DNA of 63,790 bases, filler included, from Octopus bimaculoides (taxonomy: Eukaryota), in NCBI RefSeq assembly GCF_001194135.2. It is 7 parts of 7 records of this genome, joined end to end, with 100 filler letters (N's around TTAATTAATTAA, not from the genome) between each part and the next. Parts side by side here need not be neighbours in the genome. Positions count along the whole stretch, not along the records: positions 1 to 14,102 come from NC_068994.1; 6 more parts are not named here. One strand, written 5' to 3'. This document shows positions 1-12,830 of the stretch, one piece after another (the stretch's first letter is position 1; every line of letters starts with the position of its first letter). Position numbers and translations under genes: made by a program. The notes under the pieces are model-generated. The model did no database searches and was not told where the DNA came from. It saw only the letters and a program-made list of their open reading frames with translations.

Positions 1-117
1 TATATTATATTATATTATATTATATTATATTATATTATATTATATTATATTATATTATATTATATTATATTATATTATATTATATTATATTATATTATAT
101 TATATTATATTATATTA
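1..117. repeat. (TATAT)n pentanucleotide tandem repeat
   Basis: Perfect tatat array running off the window start. Confidence 0.95.
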
Positions 118-122
118 TGTCA

Positions 123-343
123 AGGCGGTGAGCTGGCACAATTGTTAGCAGGCCGAGCGAATTGCTTAGCAGTATTTCATCTGCCATTAGGTTTTGAGTT
201 CGAATTCCACCAAGGCCAACTTTACTTTTCATCCTTTCGGGGTCGATAAAATTAGCATCAGTCACGTACTGGGGTCGATGTAATTGATTTAATCTCTTTC
301 CACAAAATTTGAGGCCATGTGCTTCCAGTAGAAAGGATCTATT
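123..343 (+). mobile_element. tRNA-derived SINE, family A (head ggcggcgagctggcagaatcgttagc)
   Basis: Matches copies at 10697, 14445, 16860 and 35824; B-box-like gagttcgaattcc; tail ending cagtagaaagga. Confidence 0.85.
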
Positions 344-819
344 AAAGATGAAAAAGTGCGACACACTGACATTCGCATTTATTATATAAGATGTGTTTAA
401 TCTTGAGCAAACTTTATTTCAATTAAAGTGTATTTTATATATATATGTATTTATATATATATGTGTGTGTATTTTATATGCGTGTATGTGCATATATATA
501 TATATATATATGTATGTGCGTGCATAGATGTATTAAAGAAAGCAAAAATGATAAAAGTAAAAGGCTAAATGTGTGTGTAAAAGAAGTGAGCGTTCAGTAT
601 GTTGGTTCAGTTCTCAGTATTTTGACCACAGGAATTTCTGTCAAAGAGACACAGTTAAACAAAATCGTACATCATCTCCCTCCTTCTCTCACATACCCAC
701 TCTTTCTCTCTTTTACTATTACTCCTACTGCCACCATCAACACTACTGCTTTTAATTAAACATCATCAACACTCCCTAAATTATTTTGTCTCCCTTTCTC
801 TCCCTCTATTTTTCTTTCT

Positions 820-875
<56 letters not shown>

Positions 876-2137
876 NNNNNNNNNNNNNNNNNNNNNNNNN
901 NNNNNNNNNNNNNNNNNNNNNNNNNNNNNNNNNNNNNNNNNNNNNNNNNNNNNNNNNNNNNNNNNNNNNNNNNNNNNNNNNNNNNNNNNNNNNNNNNNNN
1001 NNNNNNNNNNNNNNNNNNNNNNNNNNNNNNNNNNNNNNNNNNNNNNNNNNNNNNNNNNNNNNNNNNNNNNNNNNNNNNNNNNNNNNNNNNNNNNNNNNNN
1101 NNNNNNNNNNNNNNNNNNNNNNNNNNNNNNNNNNNNNNNNNNNNNNNNNNNNNNNNNNNNNNNNNNNNNNNNNNNNNNNNNNNNNNNNNNNNNNNNNNNN
1201 NNNNNNNNNNNNNNNNNNNNNNNNNNNNNNNNNNNNNNNNNNNNNNNNNNNNNNNNNNNNNNNNNNNNNNNNNNNNNNNNNNNNNNNNNNNNNNNNNNNN
1301 NNNNNNNNNNNNNNNNNNNNNNNNNNNNNNNNNNNNNNNNNNNNNNNNNNNNNNNNNNNNNNNNNNNNNNNNNNNNNNNNNNNNNNNNNNNNNNNNNNNN
1401 NNNNNNNNNNNNNNNNNNNNNNNNNNNNNNNNNNNNNNNNNNNNNNNNNNNNNNNNNNNNNNNNNNNNNNNNNNNNNNNNNNNNNNNNNNNNNNNNNNNN
1501 NNNNNNNNNNNNNNNNNNNNNNNNNNNNNNNNNNNNNNNNNNNNNNNNNNNNNNNNNNNNNNNNNNNNNNNNNNNNNNNNNNNNNNNNNNNNNNNNNNNN
1601 NNNNNNNNNNNNNNNNNNNNNNNNNNNNNNNNNNNNNNNNNNNNNNNNNNNNNNNNNNNNNNNNNNNNNNNNNNNNTATATATATATATATATATATGCA
1701 AACATTGTTATTTTTAGCAGGATGAGTAACCATATACAGGCACCTCCAACAGATCCAGGCTTGTTTGAGTACTGTATTGTCATTTAAATGTTAGTTGATT
1801 CTTTACAATTGAGTTAAGTTAAATACGTGACATGCTTTATATAACCTATGAGTGATATATTTAATGCAAAGATTGCCAAATATAGTTAATAACACGGGCT
1901 AAATATTTTATGTGGAAATATGTATTTCAATTTAGTTGAGTATGTGACGCCTCCTCACTTGAATGAAACAATAAATTAGGCCGTCATCATCGTATTTGAG
2001 GTTTTGTAGGCCACATTTTTAACATTTTTTCTCCGCATCCCAAAAAGGGATGCAAAATATCGGCTTACATCTGACATAACTTGGTTTACTGATGTATGGA
2101 TGCATGCATGTATGTATGTATGCATGTATGTCTGGAA

Positions 2138-2206
<69 letters not shown>

Positions 2207-2468
2207 TATATACATATATATTTAATACTCTATATTTAATACTCTATATTTAATACTCAATATTTCATATATTCAATAAGACATTCAATACTTCATTTCA
2301 TTTTACTATTTATATTATATATTCCATATTCTCTATCCCACATTAATTTTATAAGAATATAAATAAAACATAAATAACAGACAGAATTGGAACTCTTTTA
2401 AATAATATATTCCTCTATACACTATCATATAAACCCCTTTTCATATTTTTTATTTTTTATTTTTCTTC

Positions 2469-2553
<85 letters not shown>

Positions 2554-2735
2554 TATGTATGTATGTATAATGTAGACTGATATACAGGGATCCTGGACGG
2601 ACGGACAGCGAGAATTTCGCGCTTATTAGTATCATATTTGCTGTAGCCCTTCCCTTATACCAAAATAAAATTATGTACATAACAATTCCAATCAGTTAAG
2701 ATGAGAAGCCATGAGAGCCAGTACCTAGTATTATC

Positions 2736-3410
2736 ATTGTTGTTGTTGTTGTTATTGTTGTATTAAAATTCACAGCTTATTTTGCTGGGTATGATGGAAA
2801 GTGTCAGTTGACCACAGCCAGCTGACTAAGGTGACCCTTGTTTACTGGTCATGCTTCAAGAACCCTGCGAAGAATTCTTGCAGTTCCAAGCAATGATGAT
2901 TTTTGTAGGTGTTCTTCCTTCAAACTTGCATCGATCTTTTTCAGCCATGCTGGTAGCTGATTGCTGGTACTTCCAAGTGCACCAATTATTCTAGGTATCA
3001 TGTCTACTCTCTTTATTGACCACAACCTATGTATTTCTCAACTTAAATCGTCATAGTTGTTCATTTTTTCTTCTTTCACATTGATCCTGTTTTCACCAGG
3101 GCATGTTATGTCGATTATCATTCATGTTCTTTACTTTTTATTCACCACAGCAATGTCCAGTTTCCGATGTCTGGTCAGGTGATCACACTGGATCATTGCA
3201 TCCCACAGATTTTGCAATTCTCATTTTCAGGGGTTTGCTCACATCACGTCTTTGCGCTATTTAAGCCGGGATTTATACAGAGTTCCCAATGGATCATTCT
3301 TGCCACATTGTCATGGCGTCTTTTGTATTCGTGTTGTGCCAGTTTCGGGCATTTGCTAACGATGTGCCATTCTGTTTCACCCCTCTGTTGTCTGTTCTGC
3401 ACAAGTAAAT
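2736..3410 (-). mobile_element. 3' fragment of R4/Dong-type (RLE) non-LTR retrotransposon, decayed
   Basis: Minus-strand translation ETEWHIVSKCPKLAQHEYKRRHDNVARMIHWELC (zinc knuckle plus RHD), then IIDITCPG...IIGALG...LLGTARILRRVL (restriction-like endonuclease); (AAC)n tail near 2740. Confidence 0.85.
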
Positions 3411-3472
3411 AGTTATCGAAGGGGCTCATGGATAAAAAATGGTTGAGAATTCCTGGTTTATGAGATAAGAGA

Positions 3473-3859
3473 TTGGTTGGCTCCCCGTCGGTTCCGACGA
3501 CGAGGGTTCCAGTTGATCCGATCAACGGAAAAGCTTGCTCGTGAAATTAACGTGCCAAGTGGCTGAGCACTCCACAGACACGTGTACCCTTAACGTAGTT
3601 CTCAGGGAGATTCAGCGTAACACAGAGTGTGACAAAGCTGGCCCTTTGAAATACAGGTACAACAGAAACAGGAAGTAAGAGTGAGAGAAAGTTGTGGTGA
3701 AAGAATACAGCAGGGTTCGCCACCATCCCCTGTCGGAGCCGCGTGGAGCTTTATGTGTTTTCGCTCAATAAACACTTACAACGCCCGGTCTGGGAATCGA
3801 AACCGCGATCCTATGACTGCGAGTCCGCTGCCCTAACCACTGGGCCATTGCGCCTCCAC
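3473..3859 (-). mobile_element. Full-length tRNA-derived SINE, family B
   Basis: Reverse complement of the copy at 9155; A box tggcccagtgg, B box ggtttcgattccc; 10-bp TSD agataagaga at 3463-3472 and 3860-3869. Confidence 0.92.
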
Positions 3860-4475
3860 AGATAAGAGAAGTATCATAGCTCATTGGGTTATGTATTCGT
3901 CATCTCCCTGCGCAGGCGCGTTTGTGCGTATGTCTGTGGGTAGTTGTCCGTGCGTATCGCGTTGTACAAATAAAAAGGGACTTAATTATTATTCCGGCTG
4001 CTGTTGTTATGCATGTATTATATATTTATAGCCGAAGTAATCAGTGGAAAGATTAAGGAATTTGGGCCATGTAGATATATACGCAAAGATCTTATACATA
4101 TACGTACATATATACACACTCACACGTGCATATATATTTATAAATGCGCATACATATGTGTGTGTATGTATACACACACACACACACACATATGTGTGTG
4201 TGAATGTATATACATGTATACACACACATACGTATATTTACACAGACATACATGCATACATAGACACACATACACATATGTATATAAACACGGACGTACA
4301 AATACATACACACAGCACACACACACGTATAAATATACACATTAACACGGACGCACATACATACAGACACGCACAAGCACACATATATACACATGCATAC
4401 ATAGACATACCCACTTACTATTATGTAAATATGTAGCTATATACACACATGTTCATACATACATAGACATACATA

Positions 4476-4509
<34 letters not shown>

Positions 4510-5640
4510 NNNNNNNNNNNNNNNNNNNNNNNNNNNNNNNNNNNNNNNNNNNNNNNNNNNNNNNNNNNNNNNNNNNNNNNNNNNNNNNNNNNNNNNNNNN
4601 NNNNNNNNNNNNNNNNNNNNNNNNNNNNNNNNNNNNNNNNNNNNNNNNNNNNNNNNNNNNNNNNNNNNNNNNNNNNNNNNNNNNNNNNNNNNNNNNNNNN
4701 NNNNNNNNNNNNNNNNNNNNNNNNNNNNNNNNNNNNNNNNNNNNNNNNNNNNNNNNNNNNNNNNNNNNNNNNNNNNNNNNNNNNNNNNNNNNNNNNNNNN
4801 NNNNNNNNNNNNNNNNNNNNNNNNNNNNNNNNNNNNNNNNNNNNNNNNNNNNNNNNNNNNNNNNNNNNNNNNNNNNNNNNNNNNNNNNNNNNNNNNNNNN
4901 NNNNNNNNNNNNNNNNNNNNNNNNNNNNNNNNNNNNNNNNNNNNNNNNNNNNNNNNNNNNNNNNNNNNNNNNNNNNNNNNNNNNNNNNNNNNNNNNNNNN
5001 NNNNNNNNNNNNNNNNNNNNNNNNNNNNNNNNNNGAAAAAGAATAATTTCATTGTAAATTCTATACCGCTGAAAACATATTAAGATGCTTAGATCAGAAT
5101 TTTTGAAAATTAAAGGTGTCTATTTACTTCCTGCATGACACAATATCGGTGAAGAAATTTGAGAAATTTGAAAAGGAAATATGAAACTGGTTATTTCTCC
5201 AAAAACAATGTCACTACACACAAAATTTTATAACATTTTCCTAACCTGACGATTTAAATATATTCTTTAACCATATAATACAAGTCTTCTGTGGTTTTTT
5301 CATTCCATTTTGCTTTTTATACATCCAACCACGTGGTTTCACATACCAACTCTCTCACCTACATATATATATATTCTTTTCAAATTTCTCAAATTTCTTT
5401 ACTGATATTGTGTCATCTCACCCTATGGTGTGATGTAGAAGAGTTCCAAGGAGTGGAGGTAATCAGGAATTTTTCGGTATAAGGGAGATAATCGAAAATG
5501 TTGGAAGTTTTGCTTTATATTTTTCAATGAGCTAAGTTTCCTTATTTAAAAATACTAGAAAGTTAAGTTTTGGCTTATATTTTACAATGAAGTAGGTTTC
5601 CTTATTTAATCTAACATATGTTGGTGTTATATATATATAT

Positions 5641-5850
5641 AAGGTCGTCAAGTATGAAATTTGTAGAAAAGAAAAAGTTTGCTAATGTTTAATAAATGCA
5701 AGGAATAGTTTTATTCATCAAAGTATGCACCTATATTGTCAATACACTTTTGCCATTTCAGCAGTACCTTGTCCAGTCCGGAATTGTAAAAGCCTGGCAA
5801 TCTAGAGTCAATAAAATCTTGGAAGACCTGTTTTACAGCATCGTCGTTTT
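5641..5850 (-). mobile_element. Mariner transposase C-terminus and 3' end (subfamily 1)
   Basis: NDDAVKQVFQDFIDSRLPGFYNSGLDKVLLKWQKCIDNIGAYFDE* at about 5850-5712; typical mariner C-terminus. Confidence 0.8.
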
Positions 5851-6020
5851 ATATCCCTACTTCTCAATGTAGTTACTGTTTCTCTCAATAGCAATGTTCC
5901 ACCTTCGAATGAGAGCATGTATCCCTGCCCCATAAAATTCTGTTGACTGTTCTTTGAGCCACTTCTTCACTACAGTCTTCACTTCCTCGTCACGGGAATA
6001 ATGTTTGCCTCTAAAACCCG
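5851..6020 (-). mobile_element. Mariner transposase C-terminus (subfamily 2)
   Basis: FRGKHYSRDEEVKTVVKKWLKEQSTEFYGAGIHALIRRWNIAIERNSNYIEK*, stop at 5857-5859. Confidence 0.8.
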
Positions 6021-6057
6021 CTTTCTTTATTCCCTCTCCCTCTCCCTCTCTCTCTCT

Positions 6058-6112
<55 letters not shown>

Positions 6113-6712
6113 GCCAGTCTATGAACCCTCTTCTCTTCTTTATTGTCAAATATATCTGTTTGCTACAGTTCTATATTTAAGAGATAAAGAATTATTTACA
6201 TTATTTACATTATTTACATTCANNNNNNNNNNNNNNNNNNNNNNNNNNNNNNNNNNNNNNNNNNNNNNNNNNNNNNNNNNNNNNNNNNNNNNNNNNNNNN
6301 NNNNNNNNNNNNNNNNNNNNNNNNNNNNNNNNNNNNNNNNNNNNNNNNNNNNNNNNNNNNNNNNNNNNNNNNNNNNNNNNNNNNNNNNNNNNNNNNNNNN
6401 NNNNNNNNNNNNNNNNNNNNNNNNNNNNNNNNNNNNNNNNNNNNNNNNNNNNNNNNNNNNNNNNNNNNNNNNNNNNNNNNNNNNNNNNNNNNNNNNNNNN
6501 NNNNNNNNNNNNNNNNNNNNNNNNNNNNNNNNNNNNNNNNNNNNNNNNNNNNNNNNNNNNNNNNNNNNNNNNNNNNNNNNNNNNNNNNNNNNNNNNNNNN
6601 NNNNNNNNNNNNNNNNNNNNNNNNNNNNNNNNNNNNNNNNNNNNNNNNNNNNNNNNNNNNNNNNNNNNNNNNNNNNNNNNNNNNNNNNNNNNNNNNNNNN
6701 NNNNNNNNNNNN

Positions 6713-6870
6713 GAGGAAGAGAAAGAGGAAGAGGAGGAGGAAGAGAAAGAGGAAGAGGAGGAGGAAGAGAAAGAGGAAGAGGAGGAGGAAGAGAAAGAGG
6801 AAGAGGAAGAGGAAGAGGAAGAGGAAGAGGAAGAGGAAGAAGAAGAGGAGGAGGCGGAGGAGGAGGAGGA
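6713..6870. repeat. Compound purine repeat (GAGGAA/GAG/AGA)
   Basis: Pure-purine tract abutting a gap. Confidence 0.9.
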
Positions 6871-7615
6871 TTAAAGTGCTGATACTGATTTGGCTAAAAT
6901 TACTAAAACCTGGAATATAGAATCACTATATGCCTGGTTTGTATTTGGTTTGTGATTTGTGATAATGTCACAAACAAACGATTAGTTAATTGGTTACATA
7001 GTTGACCAATTAACAAATAAATGACCAAGGACTGAAATGGGACCAGTGCGTGTATTTATCATTGGCTTAATGACCCATCCGAGATATAACAAAATACAAT
7101 GACTAACCACCTGATAAATACTATTTTCTCAGTGAAATTATTGTAATAAAAAATTTAGAATTACAATTCTTTTATTTATTTTTACTGGTTTCATTCAAAA
7201 GACAAGGGGCCATCCGGACCAAAATCTCGAAAGAATTATGAGAGATATATCAACAACAAAACGTAAATTGGCCTTCGTCTTCTTTTATTGATCTCTATTT
7301 ATCGAATGACTACGTTCGCCTTAGTGAGTTACACTTCTATAGAGACGTAAATGCCACAGAGGAACTCTCCTTTTGTTCGCAAACTCATACACACATGTAT
7401 GTATGTATGTATGTACAAAGTACGAGAGGTGATATTTGACGACATTTAATTATCCGTATATTAAGTTGTTTTTTTTTTTAATTTCTTTCGAATCACTTAT
7501 AGCAAATTAAATGTTATCACGAGAAATGTACAGACGTACGAAAATAAAAATAATAATGGTTTATTTTATTTGCTGCCAAGGATGAGAGGAGAAAAGCATA
7601 AAGTATTAAAGCTTA

Positions 7616-8024
7616 TCCTCTTACACTTTTACTTGTTTCAGTTATTTGACTGCGGCCATGCTGGAGCACGGTCTTTAGTCGAGCAAATCGACCGCAGGAC
7701 TTATTCTTTGTAAGCCTAGTACTTATTCTGTCGATCTCTTTTGCCGAACCGCTAAGTTACGGGGACGTAAACACACCAGCATCAGTTGTCAAGCAATGCT
7801 AAGGAGACAAACACAGATACACAAACACACACACACATATATACATATATACATATATACGACGGGCTTCTTTCAGTTTCCGCCTACCAAATCCACTCAC
7901 AAGGCTTTGGTCGGCCCGAGACTATAGTAGAAGACACTTGCCCATGGTGCCACGCTGTGGCACTGAACCCAGAACCATGTGGTTGGTAAGCAAGCTACTT
8001 ACCACACAGCCACTCCTGCGCCTA
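7616..8024 (-). mobile_element. tRNA-derived CORE-like SINE, family C, with internal microsatellite
   Basis: Head taggcgcaggagtggctgtgtggtaag; CORE-like segment (consensus ggcaccttgggcaagtgtctt); internal (CA/TA)n; tail gaaacaagtaaaag. Probably one of the published octopus OK/OR SINEs, name not verified. Confidence 0.9.
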
Positions 8025-8335
8025 TATACAATGAAAGGATAAAATAAATATATAGAAGATATATATATGGTATAAAATATAACAAAGAAGATCTACTGAG
8101 TATACATCCGTTTAAAAAAGATGATGGCGATGTTATTCTGATATTTCAGGACCTTGAGGGATAATTGCAGAACTACACGAACCAAGATCTCCTTGAACAA
8201 CGTGGCAAAGTGTCCTCTCCAATTCCTGATCTCCGAATCACATCTTCGAACTGAGCGTGATACCATCCATTCTTGCCATTTTTGAAGCTTACAAACATTC
8301 TAAACTTTCAGACACCATAAAGACACTGCAACAAA

Positions 8336-8410
<75 letters not shown>

Positions 8411-8594
8411 GGGCGAGGACTTACAAATATATATAACACAGACAATTGCACTACGGGGCACTGCACACATCCTACACAAAACACTTTCAATACAGTAACC
8501 ATAAGAGCATCACAGCAAACCACAGCACATACCCAAGGCACACAGAGCTGCGCTCGGTAGTGAAGTGAAAGCACGTTATAAAAATAAAACTACT
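8411..8594 (+). mobile_element. 5'-truncated 3' end of Dong-like RLE LINE
   Basis: Encodes ...IALRGTAHILHKTLSIQ*; 3'UTR nearly identical to the copy at 37430-37850; (AAT)n on both sides. Confidence 0.85.
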
Positions 8595-8595
8595 A

Positions 8596-8648
<53 letters not shown>

Positions 8649-9154
8649 ATAATAATGAATAATATTAATACGCCAACTTTTTGTTTTTGTACGTACGTAC
8701 CTGTGGTGTGTGTCACGCTTCAAAGGAAGAGGTAAAAAAGGAGAAGAGAGAGGTACAAAGAAAAAAAGAGAAATAAAAGGCATTAAACAAAGGAGGTATA
8801 GTTGAAGTGGGTGAAGAAAGGGGAGGGTCAGAAGCAGAGGAAGTATAGTCGAAGTGAGAGGCAAAGCGGCTAAGAGGAGAAAGTAAGATAGAGTAAGAGA
8901 GAGAGAGATGGGGTGGAGATTGATAGCGCTGAGAGGTAAGAGAAATATAACGCGTTAAAAGTAGGAGGACAGTTAGAAGCAAGAAGACATAGAGGAGGGA
9001 GAGGGAAGGGAGGAGAAAAGAGAGAGATTTAGAAAGATAGATTGAGTGAAGGAAGGGAGTGGAAAAAGAATAATAATGAAAGACAATGGAACCATTTTCA
9101 CATAGAAAATGCAGGAAAACTTTTCGTTTTCAACGACATCCGATAAAGCCGATA

Positions 9155-9538
9155 GTGGAGGCGCAATGGCCCAGTGGTTAAGGCAGCGGATTCGCAGTCA
9201 TAGGATCGCGGTTTCGATTCCCAGTCCGGGCGTTGTGAGTGTTTATTGAGCGAAAACACCTAAAGCTCTACGAGGCTCCAGCAGGGGATGGTGGTGAACC
9301 CTGCTGTACTCTTTCACCACAACTTTCTCTCACTCTTACTTCCTGTTTCTGTTGTACTTGTATTTCAAAGGGCCAGCCTTGTCCCAATCTGTGTCACGCT
9401 GAATATCCCCGAGAACTACGTTAAGGGTACACGTGTCTGTGGAGTGCTCAGCCACTTGCACGTTAATTTCACGAGCAGGCTGTTCCGTTGATCGGATCAA
9501 CTGGAACCCTCGACGTCGTAAGCGTCGGAGTACCAACA
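9155..9538 (+). mobile_element. Full-length SINE family B
   Basis: tRNA-like head; tail ggagtaccaaca; decayed 13-bp TSD gataaagccgata (9142-9154) versus gataaagtagata (9541-9553). Confidence 0.92.
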
Positions 9539-9783
9539 GAGATAAAGTAGATATATGATAATTGCAAAAAGAAATGCTGTCTCTCTATCTGTGTGACAGT
9601 TATTGTGTCTGACAGAGGGAGTTCTGTCAGTCTTTCTCTCAGCAAATGGCTGTGGATGTTACTGTTACTTGTTTATAGTCGAAAGGAGAGGTAAAATGTT
9701 TATCAATATTTTCAGAGTAGACTGATGCATACATCGAAACTGAAGTAGATACATAGATCAAAATGGAAGTAGATACATACATT

Positions 9784-10092
9784 TGTTGTTGTTGGCACTC
9801 CGTCGCTTACGACGTCGAGGGTTCCAGTCGATCCGATCAACGGAACAGCCTGCTCGTGAAATTAACGTGCAAGTGGCTGAGCACTCCACAAACACGTGTA
9901 CCCTTAACGTAGTTCTCGGGGATATTCAGCGTGACACAGTGTGACAAGGCTGACCCTTTGAATTACAGGTACAACAGAAACAGGAAGTAAGAGTGAGAGA
10001 AAGTTGTGGTGAAAGAGTACAGCAGGGTTCGCCACCATCCCCTGCTGGAGCCTCGTGGAGCTTTAGGTGTTTTCGCTCAATAAACACTCACA
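9784..10092 (-). mobile_element. SINE family B, head lost in gap
   Basis: Reverse complement of the 9155 copy, with (AAC)n tail. Confidence 0.9.
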
Positions 10093-10696
10093 NNNNNNNN
10101 NNNNNNNNNNNNNNNNNNNNNNNNNNNNNNNNNNNNNNNNNNNNNNNNNNNNNNNNNNNNNNNNNNNNNNNNNNNNNNNNNNNNNNNNNNNNNNNNNNNN
10201 NNNNNNNNNNNNNNNNNNNNNNNNNNNNNNNNNNNNNNNNNNNNNNNNNNNNNNNNNNNNNNNNNNNNNNNNNNNNNNNNNNNNNNNNNNNNNNNNNNNN
10301 NNNNNNNNNNNNNNNNNNNNNNNNNNNNNNNNNNNNNNNNNNNNNNNNNNNNNNNNNNNNNNNNNNNNNNNNNNNNNNNNNNNNNNNNNNNNNNNNNNNN
10401 NNNNNNNNNNNNNNNNNNNNNNNNNNNNNNNNNNNNNNNNNNNNNNNNNNNNNNNNNNNNNNNNNNNNNNNNNNNNNNNNNNNNNNNNNNNNNNNNNNNN
10501 NNNNNNNNNNNNNNNNNNNNNNNNNNNNNNNNNNNNNNNNNNNNNNNNNNNNNNNNNNNNNNNNNNNNNNNNNNNNNNNNNNNNNNNNNNNNNNNNNNNN
10601 NNNNNCTCTCTTCAGCGTTGGAAACTAGGTTTCATGCCTGCGACACACCCAATCCCATCCTGCCAACTTTACCAGAAATCTTGATGGGGATGATAA

Positions 10697-10892
10697 TCCT
10701 TTCTACTATAAGCACAAGACCTGGAATTTGTGGGGCGGGAGGTAGTACTTGACTGGTTTTTAATTTATTGACCCCGAAAGGTTGAAAGGCAAAATCGATC
10801 TCAGCGGAATTTGAACTCAGAACGTAGCGGCAGACAAAATACCGCTAAGTATTTCACCCGGCATGCTAACGATTCTGCCGGCTCACCACCTT
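10697..10892 (-). mobile_element. SINE family A
   Basis: Reverse complement of the family A head and tail. Confidence 0.85.
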
Positions 10893-11039
10893 ATTAATGG
10901 GGATAATAATGATGAGAATTGTGGTGGTGGTGGCGGTTGTACTAATAATAATGATAGTGATAGTGATCGAAATAGTTGGATAAGTGAGAACATCAGTGAA
11001 AAAAAACAAACAAAAAAACAGCTAATCAGCTGCCGCTAA

Positions 11040-12113
11040 CGTTGTTGCTGGCATAACAGGATAGGAGCGGTGAGAAAAGAATACGAATGGAGGCGGGAAA
11101 TATTGGGACAATTAAATAGGATAAACAAGAATGATGCAGTAATCAGAAAACTGATTGAACAGTAAATGTTAGAAGAAAGGGAAAAGCAGACTATACAAAG
11201 GGTGATAGTGTTAAGGGCCAAATTGACAAGATATGATGTTAGATGCAAAGGTTTTGAACAGAATAGGTTGTTTCAATCAAATATGAGGTATCTTTTTGAG
11301 GAAATAGAAAGGGGACAACATTAGGAAGTGATTCCTGTTGTGGAAGGAAGTAAAGCGTATTGAGGAAAGCTTTGAAACAGATCAGTAAGACCAGTGAGAA
11401 AGTGCAGAGTGGCTAACACAGGTGGAGTGACAACTTGCAACTGTGCCGAAATAAAAGGACGTCAGGATTTGATTGTACTTGATGAAAATGAAGTTAAAAA
11501 ATTGACCAGGGGTGAAAAGGACCAGATCCGGATGGAGTGCAACGTTATCGGCTGGAGTGCAACGTTATCGGCTGGAGTGCAACGTTATCGGCTGAAGAAC
11601 TTTAGACAATTACATGAAAGAATTGCAGCACACATTGATGAATACCAGCAGCAGAGACCCTTTTCTACCTGGATGATAAGTGGACGAACATTGTTATATC
11701 TTAGGGATCTCTCGAAAGATAAACTCGTGCACTGGTAGGAAAGTTGGGTCATCAGTTGGAAAGCAGCAATTTACTTCCAGTGCAACTGAAGGGATGCAGA
11801 AAGTGAAACAGGGCAATGAAGTTGTTCGTTGATTAAAATGGTAATAAGAAATTGCAGACGCAGATTGACGGGATTCAATATAGCATGTTTGGGTTATACT
11901 CTTACTCTTTACTCTTTTACTTGTTTCAGTCATTTGACTGCGGCCATGCTGGAGCACCGCCTTTAGTCGAGCAAATCGACCCCGGGACGTATTCTTTGTA
12001 AGCCTAGTACTTATTCTATCGGTCTCTTTTTGCCGAACCGCTAATTGACGGGGACATAAATACACCAGCATCGGTTGTCAAGCAATGCTAGGAGGACAAA
12101 CACATACACACAA

Positions 12114-12166
<53 letters not shown>

Positions 12167-12830
12167 TACGACGGGCTTCTTTCAGTTTCTGTCTACCAAA
12201 TCCACTCACAATGCTTTGGTCGGCCCGAGGCTATAGTAGAAGACATTTGTCCAAGGTGCCATGCAGTGGGACTGAACCCGGAACCATGTGGTTGGTAAAC
12301 AAGCTACTTGCCACACAGCCACTCCTGCGCCTAAAAAAAAAAAGAAAAAAAAGAAAAAAGAAGCATATGACATGACACTGCACATTTGGACAAGTAAAAC
12401 AATGAACCTGTTTAGAGAGGTAGTAAATATGGAGAAAATGGTCAATGAAAATGTGAAACATTTGAAGACTGAATTGATTGGAGGAAAACAAAGCCTGGAA
12501 AAGTAAACATCAGACGGTATATTTCAAGGTAATCGCTTCTTATTTCCATTACTGTTTGTATTGGCCAGGATACCGCTCAGCTCGATATTACAAACAGTCA
12601 AAATAGCTTATGATTTGGGAAAACGATATGGCTAGATAAATCATCTTTTCATGGATGATATAAAGCTTTATGCGAAAAATGAGAAGCAGCTGAGAAGTCT
12701 TGTACATACTGTTTGCAATTTTCAAATCATGTAGGAATGGAATTCGGGAATGGAATACTCTAACATGGTCAGAAAGCTCATTTAAGTCCACTGGGTGGAG
12801 TTAAATTGTTCAACACTGAAGAAATGTATA
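11040..12830 (+). pseudogene. Decayed reverse-transcriptase region of R4-type RLE LINE, split by a SINE
   Basis: FEQNRLFQSN, LKNFRQLHERIAAH, KKAYDM, IFQG, INHLFMDDIKLYAKNEKQL motifs with stops and frameshifts. Confidence 0.85.
11898..12333 (-). mobile_element. SINE family C inserted in the LINE RT region
   Basis: Full-length copy matching 7616-8024. Confidence 0.92.

Noticed and set aside
9155-9235. tRNA gene
   Set aside because: tRNA-like A/B boxes are SINE heads continuing into SINE bodies; no true tRNA, rRNA or CRISPR array was seen
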